Virus record (IMG/VR): IMGVR_UViG_2711768013_000010
Length of the DNA stretch: 43,729 nt
Strand: one strand, 5' to 3'
DNA from: a virus
Lineage: Duplodnaviria > Heunggongvirae > Uroviricota > Caudoviricetes
Below the pieces are notes generated by a model. The model made no database searches, was not told the DNA's origin, and saw nothing but the letters and a program-made list of their open reading frames with translations. Shown here one piece after another: positions 1 to 6,974 of the stretch; position 1 is the stretch's first letter, and every line of letters begins with the position of its first letter. A program made the position numbers and the translations under genes.

Positions 1-125
1 TGTCCAATGTGCATAAAAAAATCCGGAAACAAGTGAGCGTTTCCGGATTCTTACACAGCCACTGGATCGGTCAACTGATCCTTAACTGATCGGCATTAGC
101 TCAATGAGCACCTTTTTTCTGTCTG

Positions 126-416
126 TTATTTATTCGCTGATTTTTCTGCTCGTTGCCTGCGAAGCTCTTTCGGATCGGCAATGAGAGGGCGATAAATCTC
201 CACCCGATCGCCATCATGCACACTATCGCTTAGTTTTGCCGGACGGCTGTAAATGCCGACTTTGTTTTTAGTTAAATCGATATCGGTACGCAATTCCAGC
301 AAGCCACTGGCGCGAATAGCTTCTTCAACCGTCGCGCCCTCCTGCAGCGTCACGCGCTGCAGGTACTGCTTCTCAGGTAGCGCATAAGCCACCTCAACGG
401 CAATTTTACCTAGCAC
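126..416 (-). CDS. ratB: UPF0125/RnfH-like protein YfjF (RatB)
   Basis: ORF 126..500; C-terminal 96 aa (..[45 protein letters not shown]..) matches the conserved enterobacterial YfjF; start trimmed to an internal GTG because the upstream part overlaps ratA. Synteny ratB-ratA-smpB-ssrA. Confidence 0.75.
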   Translation of the reverse strand: MLGKIAVEVAYALPEKQYLQRVTLQEGATVEEAIRASGLLELRTDIDLTKNKVGIYSRPAKLSDSVHDGDRVEIYRPLIADPKELRRQRAEKSANK

Positions 417-882
417 TGTAAACCTCTTTCGCACGAACCGTAAAAGCCTGGACCATATTAGACGCCAGCTCTTTAAACACGCGACCAAAGGCGAGTTCAA
501 TCAACTTATTGGTAAACTCAAAGTCGAGATGAAACTCGATACGACACGCCTCCTGGCTCAGCGGCGTAAACTTCCATCCACCAATCAATTTCTTGAACGG
601 CCCATCCACCAGATTCATAAGAATACTTTGGTTACTGGTCAACTGGTTGCGGGTAGTAAACGTTTTGCTGATCCCAGCCTTAGAGACATCTACCGCCGCA
701 GTCATCTGCCCAGGAGTGGACTCCAGAATCCGACTTCCGGTACAACCCGGCAAAAACTGAGGATAAGACTGAACGTCATTCACTAACTGATACATTTGCT
801 CCGCGCTGTAGGGTACCAGTGCGGTCCGGCTAATCTGAGGCATAACTATTTCCATCAACAAAAATCCAACAAATAATATCAT
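406..882 (-). CDS. ratA: ribosome-association toxin RatA (SRPBCC/polyketide-cyclase fold, YfjG)
   Basis: 158-aa ORF recognised as RatA/YfjG; conserved position between yfjF and smpB. Confidence 0.85.
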   Translation of the reverse strand: MILFVGFLLMEIVMPQISRTALVPYSAEQMYQLVNDVQSYPQFLPGCTGSRILESTPGQMTAAVDVSKAGISKTFTTRNQLTSNQSILMNLVDGPFKKLIGGWKFTPLSQEACRIEFHLDFEFTNKLIELAFGRVFKELASNMVQAFTVRAKEVYSAR

Positions 883-1013
883 TTATCCTGCTGTAAAAAA
901 AACGCTATCCCGGCGCTGGGTAACATCGGGTTCATGCTAAGATAGAGCCTTGTCCCCCGCAGGATTGATATGGGGTGTTTTCGATTTCAGATTACCGATG
1001 ATTCACGACGCTT

Positions 1014-1496
1014 ATGACGAAGAAAAAAGCACATAAACCTGGTTCAGCGACCATCGCGCTTAACAAGCGCGCCCGTCACGAATACTTTATCGAAGAAGAG
1101 TTCGAAGCGGGACTTGCCCTGCAAGGCTGGGAAGTTAAATCCCTGCGCGCAGGAAAAGCCAATATCAGCGACAGCTACGTCCTTCTGCGTGACGGAGAGG
1201 CATTTCTGTTTGGCGCTAACATCACGCCAATGGCCGTGGCCTCCACGCATGTGGTGTGCGATCCTACCCGTACCCGCAAGTTACTTCTCAACCAGCGCGA
1301 ACTGGACTCATTGTACGGTCGCGTCAATCGAGAAGGCTATACCGTAGTGGCGCTCTCCCTGTACTGGAAAAATGCCTGGTGCAAAGTGAAAATCGGCGTC
1401 GCCAAAGGTAAAAAACAGCACGATAAACGTTCAGATATCAAAGAACGCGAATGGCAGGTGGATAAAGCACGTATCATGAAAAACGCCCACCGTTAA
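1014..1496 (+). CDS. smpB: SsrA-binding protein SmpB
   Basis: 160-aa [51 protein letters not shown]..; immediately upstream of tmRNA as in all enterobacteria. Confidence 0.96.
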
Positions 1497-1710
1497 ACCT
1501 GCACTCCAATTATTGACCAGTTCCTCACCGCGCCTCCCTCTCCGGCGGCGCGAATGAACATCTTATTGGCTATCACATCCGACACAAATGTTGCCATCCC
1601 ATTGCTTAATCGAATAAAAATCAGGCTACATGGGTGCTAAATCTTTAACGATAACGCCATTGAGGCTGGTCATGGCGCTCATAAATCTGGTATACTTACC
1701 TTTACACATT

Positions 1711-2073
1711 GGGGCTGATTCTGGATTCGACGGGATTTGCGAAACCCAAGGTGCATGCCGAGGGGCGGTTGGCCTCGTAAAAAGCCGCAAAAAATAGTCG
1801 CAAACGACGAAAACTACGCTTTAGCAGCTTAATAACCTGCTTAGAGCCCTCTCTCCCTAGCCTCCGCTCTTAGGACGGGGATCAAGAGAGGTCAAACCCA
1901 AAAGAGATCGCGTGGAAGCCCTGCCTGGGGTTGAAGCGTTAAAACTTAATCAGGCTAGTTTGTTAGTGGCGTGTCCGTCCGCAGCTGGCAAGCGAATGTA
2001 AAGACTGACTAAGCATGTAGTACCGAGGATGTAGGAATTTCGGACGCGGGTTCAACTCCCGCCAGCTCCACCA
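1711..2073 (+). ncRNA. ssrA: tmRNA (transfer-messenger RNA, 10Sa RNA)
   Basis: Starts GGGGCTGATTCTGGATTCGACGGG, contains tag reading frame GCAAACGACGAAAACTACGCTTTAGCAGCTTAA (ANDENYALAA*, ~1800..1832), ends with T-arm GGGTTCAACTCCCGCCAGCTCCACCA; 363 nt. Confidence 0.95.
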
Positions 2074-2189
2074 CTTTTGACAGGACTGCAACCGGACAGA
2101 GACTATAAAAACAGTCACTTACGGACACTGACCAGACAGTAAGCGGACCAGAAAAAGACAAAAATATACACGCAAAATGCACGTGCATT

Positions 2190-2228
2190 TCAAAAAAGCC
2201 TCTGATTATGAAGTCAGAGGCTTTTCTA
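2190..2228. terminator. bidirectional intrinsic terminator hairpin (GCCTCTGA-loop-TCAGAGGC) flanked by A-run and T-run
   Basis: Perfect 8-bp stem with 8-nt loop, AAAAAA on one side and TTTTCT on the other; lies just downstream of the minus-strand chaperone gene stop. Confidence 0.5.
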
Positions 2229-2271
2229 GTTGTAAATAAGGGTAACAATTTAACACGATGCAGCTTACCAA

Positions 2272-2835
2272 TTACGTAACATCAAACGCTCTAATTGTTC
2301 CCAAATCCTCCAGACCACTCAGCTCCTCTTTCATTTCACGCTGACGGCGATAAATCTCATCGTTGCGATCGACCTGCGCCTGCACCATTGCTGCCGCCAG
2401 TTCTTCCAGTTCCGGCATCGACAGTTTCACCTGCTGATTATCGGCATCACCCCACGCCATATGCGTTTGTGCTGTGACAGATTTTGCCAGCATGACTACC
2501 GGGGACAGGCGGCCCAGTGAGTCGGGGCCAGCATTCCAGATACGACCATTCCATTCAAACGTGAACGGCTTCGCCTCCTGTTCTGTGCGCCATGCTTCAA
2601 TTTCCTGACGTCTGGCCTCTCTGGCCGCTTCCAGCATTTCTGGTGTCACAGTGAATGGGGCTATCTCACCCCATTTGCCACTTTGCAGTTCCTGCCAGAT
2701 TCGCTGACCCGTCGGTGCGACATCATCAGCGGTGGCTGTGTAGGGGACTGCCTGGTCCCTGTCGTCAAAAAAAACGTCACAGTCTACTGCGCCACTTTCG
2801 GTATAACGGGGATTAATGATTTTTTTAATTTCCAC
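2272..2835 (-). CDS. putative tail fibre assembly/chaperone protein
   Basis: ORF 2272..2895 immediately downstream of and overlapping the tail-fibre gene end; start trimmed to a GTG near the tail-fibre stop (uncertain). Assignment by position and general resemblance, not by a defined motif. Confidence 0.5.
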   Translation of the reverse strand: MEIKKIINPRYTESGAVDCDVFFDDRDQAVPYTATADDVAPTGQRIWQELQSGKWGEIAPFTVTPEMLEAAREARRQEIEAWRTEQEAKPFTFEWNGRIWNAGPDSLGRLSPVVMLAKSVTAQTHMAWGDADNQQVKLSMPELEELAAAMVQAQVDRNDEIYRRQREMKEELSGLEDLGTIRAFDVT

Positions 2836-2845
2836 GGTGCATTCC

Positions 2846-4018
2846 TCACGATGTGCGAATAAAAAGCCCGGGCATTGCGCCAGAGACATGAGCATCCGGC
2901 ACCCCGGACAGGGCGCTATATGACCCCGGTAATGAATGCTCTGAACATCCCGTAATGAAAAATTGTGGGGATGCTATATACGTTCCGGTGGGAGTACTGG
3001 GCACTGAAATCCCCACCGGTCCCAGTCGTGAGCCTCTGTATGACTGCCCCCTGACAAGTCTGATGACTTTATCACCGTCAGCTTCTCCCTGGTACGCAGC
3101 AATAATCAGCCCGCCAATGTCAGGGTCTCCCCATCTGTTGCAGACAGAGCTCGCCACGATTCTGTAAATAATATCTTCTGTGGTTATATTTATTTTCACC
3201 CAGCCAGTCAGTCTGGATATGGGCCAGTAGCAGTAGCGGGTGTGATAAATGGGGCCGTTAATGCCGTAAAAAGTAAGGGATTTGGCTCTGTACCTCGGTT
3301 CTGTTGTCTCAGGGCGTGCATCAGTCCACCGGATGCTGAGCACCCCTTCAAACCGTGTGTCGGGTATGATGATGTCGTAGGGGCCAGCAACGGAATATTC
3401 ACCTGGCAGCGCATTCCTTACCCAGGCCAGGAAATCACTCTTAGTGTCAAAACGGATAACATCTTCAGGCAGAAAAGCACACCCAAAGCCGAATGCGCCG
3501 GGTATCGCCAGACGGCCTTTTGTCCGGTCGTAAATGTCGCTCTGTGCTTCCATCGTGGCCGCACTTTTCAGCCCCAGATTATCCCGGGACTTCTGTTGTG
3601 CCTTTTCGCCTGCTGCTGCGATTTCAGACAGATGGTTAGCCGTTTTCAGAGTGCCGGTCAGCGCAGCATCAATGTCATTTTTGGCCTGCTCTGCTGCGCG
3701 GGCATAACCTGCGGCTGCCGCCACATCCTGCGCCGTCTGCTGTGCGTTTCCGGCTGCGGCCCCGGCGCTCTGCTGCGCCTGCGCCACCATTTCCTCAAAG
3801 CGTTTGACGACATCCGGTTTCAGGTCGCCCTCATCAGGAGCAATCAGAAAGTCATTCAGCGTGCCGGGCTTTGAGTCGTCGTATACAGCAATGTCGCCAA
3901 CGTTGTACTCGTTGTGCCAGCCCGGTTTCAGATACACACCATATTTTCCAGTCCGCGCATGGAAACAGTATTCACCATCGTTTCCTGTCATCACATCAGC
4001 AACAGTGTGCATCACCAC
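2846..4018 (-). CDS. side tail fibre protein, C-terminal portion (N-terminus apparently removed by IS66 insertion)
   Basis: 390-aa ORF with Ala/Gln-rich coiled region and C-terminal receptor-binding-like part; reading frame stays open upstream through 4019..4075 into the putative IS terminal repeat, i.e. no native start. Confidence 0.6.
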   Translation of the reverse strand: MVMHTVADVMTGNDGEYCFHARTGKYGVYLKPGWHNEYNVGDIAVYDDSKPGTLNDFLIAPDEGDLKPDVVKRFEEMVAQAQQSAGAAAGNAQQTAQDVAAAAGYARAAEQAKNDIDAALTGTLKTANHLSEIAAAGEKAQQKSRDNLGLKSAATMEAQSDIYDRTKGRLAIPGAFGFGCAFLPEDVIRFDTKSDFLAWVRNALPGEYSVAGPYDIIIPDTRFEGVLSIRWTDARPETTEPRYRAKSLTFYGINGPIYHTRYCYWPISRLTGWVKINITTEDIIYRIVASSVCNRWGDPDIGGLIIAAYQGEADGDKVIRLVRGQSYRGSRLGPVGISVPSTPTGTYIASPQFFITGCSEHSLPGSYSALSGVPDAHVSGAMPGLFIRTS

Positions 4019-4035
4019 TTCCGGGGTGTTTACCG

Positions 4036-4616
4036 TAAGCGTGCAGCAAGAACCGTATTGACGGGAATGTGTTATTCAGTCGGCAGTGCTACGCGCCAGG
4101 GGAGCAGTTCGCCGACCCGGTTTATCGGCCAGTCGGCTATGACGTCAAGGACATAGCGGAGGTAGCTTTCTGGCTCCACTCCGTTCAGTTTGCACGTCCC
4201 GATCAGGCTGTACAGCAGCGCTCCCCGCTCTCCTCCATGATCCGAACCGAAGAACAGGTAGTTTTTGCGGCCCAGACTGACCATCCGCAACGCATTTTCA
4301 GCGATGTTATTGTCCGCCTCAGCCCAGCCATCATCTGCATAGTACGTCAGCGCCGGCCACTGGTTCAGGGCATATGCGAACGCTTTCGCCAGTTCTGAGT
4401 GTCGCGACAGGGTTTTCATCTTTTCACGCAGCCAGCTTTCCAGGGATTTCAGCAGCGGTTTCGTTTTCAACTGACGTTCGGCAAGGCGCTGTTTCAGCAG
4501 GAAGATGTCGTCAGAAGAGATGTCGTTCATAAGCCCGTATTTTACCGGGCTTATTCTGTGACAACCAGGATAAAGAGATTTACAGCATGGTCAGGGAGGT
4601 CAGCAGCCGCTTAGGC
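4036..4616. mobile_element. IS66-family insertion sequence, right-end fragment (putative terminal inverted repeat + transposase 3' part)
   Basis: GTAAGCGTGCAGC.. at ~4036, the typical start of IS66-family terminal repeats; contains the TnpC C-terminal fragment; joined at ~4617 to the Mu-like prophage right end. Confidence 0.6.
4072..4530 (-). pseudogene. IS66-family transposase (TnpC/orf3), C-terminal fragment
   Basis: 152-aa ORF recognised as the C-terminal region of IS66 transposases; an in-frame stop at ~4582 upstream and no N-terminal ~330 aa anywhere in the window. Confidence 0.7.
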
Positions 4617-4637
4617 TGTCTATAGCGCGGCGATTTT

Positions 4638-4703
4638 TTTGATACCGATTTGCATTTCATTTGATACCGCTGAAAAACGCCGATACGCAACTTATTTGAT
4701 ACT
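4638..4703. repeat. right-end transposase-binding-site candidates: three copies of TTTGATAC(C/T)
   Basis: TTTGATACCG at ~4638 and ~4660, TTTGATACT at ~4695; mirrored by three inverted copies at the left end (42944..43099). Confidence 0.55.
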
Positions 4704-4748
4704 AAATCGGCGCTTTTCTTTTGAGTTTTAGAATGAGTTTTTAAGCGT

Positions 4749-5486
4749 TCATTCACTCTCTTTCAAACCAGTTTTAACTGTTTGTGGTTTTGGGTAAGGC
4801 TGGACTTTGAATAGCTTTGTGTTAAGGCGTTTTCTGGCTCTCTTGTCCAGAAACCGGATGTAACGAAACTGACGGAATTTATGAACACTGGCTCTGTCGA
4901 TATTAGCCCGCAGATGTTCACCTCGCTGTCCTCCTCGTTTGATTGCATTCTTGCAAATCTCGTGATACCACTCGCCATCAAGTTCATAGAATGTTGTTTC
5001 ATGACTGCCTACATAATCAAAATTGCTTGCCTGGTACACGACACCAAGACAGCCACAACGCTCATCTGCAAACGACTGAACCCACTGCACCTGCGGATAA
5101 AGTTGTCTGATTAGTTTGAGCGCGTAACTGATTGCCCTTGATTCGGAGTTTCTCGGCATACAGTCATGCAGCCATAACCGGTTAAGCTCCATATATTCGC
5201 GGTTCTGCGTGCCAGTTACGACGCGTGCACCATTGTTTGGATTAAGGGCATAACCCCATTGCATTACGCCAACCAGCTCCCGTTCTGAAAATATGCCCAG
5301 ATGAAGGTAGGAATTATTTACGAAACGATGGCTGTAATGTTTATTGACGACGACCAGCCGGGCCAGCCAGCAACTTATTGTCTCAACCCGTAACTCACGG
5401 GAGCCATAACCGACGATATTGTCGTTATAGTGAATAAGTTCAGGCGTGCTGATGATACGGGATGTAACTTGCTTTCTGTTCCCCAC
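4749..5486 (-). CDS. mom: Mom-like DNA modification protein (anti-restriction adenine modification), start uncertain
   Basis: Large ORF 4749..5681 immediately downstream of and overlapping a Com-like zinc-finger gene, at the right end of a Mu-like prophage exactly where mom sits in Mu; start placed at an in-frame GTG (~5486). Call rests on position and the com partner. Confidence 0.6.
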   Translation of the reverse strand: MGNRKQVTSRIISTPELIHYNDNIVGYGSRELRVETISCWLARLVVVNKHYSHRFVNNSYLHLGIFSERELVGVMQWGYALNPNNGARVVTGTQNREYMELNRLWLHDCMPRNSESRAISYALKLIRQLYPQVQWVQSFADERCGCLGVVYQASNFDYVGSHETTFYELDGEWYHEICKNAIKRGGQRGEHLRANIDRASVHKFRQFRYIRFLDKRARKRLNTKLFKVQPYPKPQTVKTGLKESE

Positions 5487-5640
5487 GACAGGATTTCCTT
5501 GTGTATGTGGGGTGCTCTGTGGCGCTCTGAGATGTGATTTGATTGAGGGTTTTACAGCGCGGACATTTAACTTCCAGATAACTGAAGCTGGCTCGTGCCA
5601 GTAGCTTGTTACAATGTCGGCACCGTATGTTTCGATACAT
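5440..5640 (-). CDS. com: Com-like zinc-finger translational activator of mom
   Basis: ..[26 protein letters not shown].. matches the C-x2-C..C-x2-C zinc-finger pattern and flanking residues I recall for Mu Com; ORF 5440..5685, start probably the internal Met (MYRNIRC). Confidence 0.7.
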   Translation of the reverse strand: MYRNIRCRHCNKLLARASFSYLEVKCPRCKTLNQITSQSATEHPTYTRKSCRGEQKASYIPYHQHA

Positions 5641-5685
5641 GGCCGCATAACCTCCTGCTTTGTTGTTGATATCTTTATCACTCAA

Positions 5686-5775
5686 TCGATCGACAAAAAC
5701 GATCGATTTGATTTATTTAATTGATACAACAAATAACACGAAATGTCATTAGCGAAAATTTATGAGTTTGATCAC
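5686..5775. promoter_or_regulatory. GATC (Dam-site) cluster upstream of com-mom: candidate methylation-sensitive operator/promoter region
   Basis: Two CGATCG motifs 13 bp apart (~5688, ~5701) and a third GATC (~5770) in an AT-rich region just upstream of com; in Mu the mom promoter is controlled by three upstream GATC sites and OxyR. Confidence 0.4.
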
Positions 5776-5896
5776 TAATTTTAAACGGTGCTGTAACGCA
5801 TAAGTGCTGAATGATTGTACATTTGAATACCGCAAAGCAAACAAATCAACTAATTTATAGAAGTCAATTGGTTAATTGCCAGCGTAAGAGGCTGCT

Positions 5897-6190
5897 ATGG
5901 ACAATCATGTAACGACGAGAAATCGAAAAATGATTGAAAATGCGGAAATCTATAATGATTATTTTTCCGATTATTCAGATGCCTGCAAATACAGTTCGAG
6001 TGCGGGAGAGTTCATATGCTTCAACTTTTTTATTAAATCTTATGTTTTTCCTCCACAGCAAGAAGATGGAGGTGTGCCACCTCCTGAAATCACTTTGCAC
6101 CGTATAGCCTCCGTCTCAATGATGGAGCAACAGGCTAATGAGCTGTATAGCATTCTGGGAACGATTCTACAAAAGCGTGAATCGGACTAA
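5897..6190 (+). CDS. hypothetical protein (opposite-strand, AT-rich; candidate moron)
   Basis: 97-aa ORF preceded by a good Shine-Dalgarno (AAGAGG, ~7 nt upstream) and -10-like TATAGA; low GC relative to the phage backbone; no recognisable domain. Confidence 0.45.
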   Translation: MDNHVTTRNRKMIENAEIYNDYFSDYSDACKYSSSAGEFICFNFFIKSYVFPPQQEDGGVPPPEITLHRIASVSMMEQQANELYSILGTILQKRESD

Positions 6191-6357
6191 TGATACCGGT
6201 TCATTTGCCTGCCCGGATGGGGAAGCAGGATTGACTGCTCCATAAGCAGCTATATTTCTGAATACGAAATACTATCCAGCGATTACATATGGCTGGATAG
6301 CGGCAAAGATGTTTTCATTAGTGTCAAACCGGCAGAGGACACCACCGGTTTGTATTG

Positions 6358-6612
6358 TTACATCATGGTACTGTCAGTTCCGGGCTGAGCCGGGTCTGGT
6401 TGCTCTGGCTGCGCGTCGGTTTTCGGCTCATTATCAGCATCACTGGCCGCAACTGCTGGCCCAATAAGTTTTGCCAGCACTTCATCAACGTAAGTGTCGA
6501 TTTGTGCCTCAAAATCCTTGCGGACCTGCGCTTTCAGCAACTTATTTACTTCACCGGAATACAGTGCCTGTTTTACCAGGTCTTCAGTGACGGTGCCTTT
6601 AATTTCTGGCAT
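6358..6612 (-). CDS. hypothetical protein with acidic Pro-rich C-terminus
   Basis: 84-aa ORF; followed on the minus strand by a hairpin CAAACCGG..CCGGTTTG (~6321..6348). Confidence 0.4.
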   Translation of the reverse strand: MPEIKGTVTEDLVKQALYSGEVNKLLKAQVRKDFEAQIDTYVDEVLAKLIGPAVAASDADNEPKTDAQPEQPDPAQPGTDSTMM

Positions 6613-6647
6613 GTATATCCTCCTTATGCGGGAATAAAGCCCTGCAA

Positions 6648-6842
6648 TCAGGGCTGGGTCGGGTCTTTTGGGAGCGGAGTTACCTGCGCTGTTTTACTGA
6701 GTTTTTCAGCTGCTGCGTCCTCAATTTTGCGGCGAACATAATTTCTGATGGCCTTATAACCACCACTCACCAGATATAACGCACATACTGCCGTGCAGAA
6801 ATACAATAAAATAAGCTGTAAAAATGTCATTATCCCTCCCAA
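6648..6842 (-). CDS. small putative membrane protein (one predicted TM helix)
   Basis: 64-aa ORF with hydrophobic N-terminal stretch FLQLILLYFCTAVCALYLV followed by a basic region. Confidence 0.4.
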   Translation of the reverse strand: MGGIMTFLQLILLYFCTAVCALYLVSGGYKAIRNYVRRKIEDAAAEKLSKTAQVTPLPKDPTQP

Positions 6843-6974
6843 TTATTGACATGGTGTTGACACCGGTAATATCTGTTAGGTAAAAAGGTGCACTGCATTT
6901 TTTGCTTTGGATATAACGATCTTTTTGCCGCCGGTTTCTTGTTTTCCCTTACCGGCGGCATTTTTTTATCCTGC

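Larger units (their letters stand above)
2074..4035. mobile_element. prophage remnant abutting ssrA (distal tail-fibre module only within window)
   Basis: Tail-fibre fragment plus chaperone lie directly 3' of ssrA, a classical prophage integration site; no integrase in the window; the tail-fibre frame runs open into the IS66 end. Confidence 0.5.

Noticed and set aside
2074-2270. Integrase or attachment-site core directly 3' of ssrA
   Set aside because: The 200 bp after the tmRNA contains only a terminator-like hairpin and no ORF; a duplicated ssrA 3' end cannot be checked within this window.
5440-5685. Com start at the first ATG of the 81-aa ORF
   Set aside because: The N-terminal 15 codons overlap the GATC-rich putative promoter region; the internal Met (MYRNIRC..) gives a 66-aa product closer to the ~62 aa of Mu Com.
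6355-6741. 128-aa plus-strand ORF overlapping the 84-aa and 64-aa minus-strand genes
   Set aside because: Strand assignment is genuinely ambiguous, but the minus-strand ORFs have cleaner starts and match the direction of the flanking operon; the plus-strand frame is Cys/Leu-rich without a convincing ribosome-binding site.
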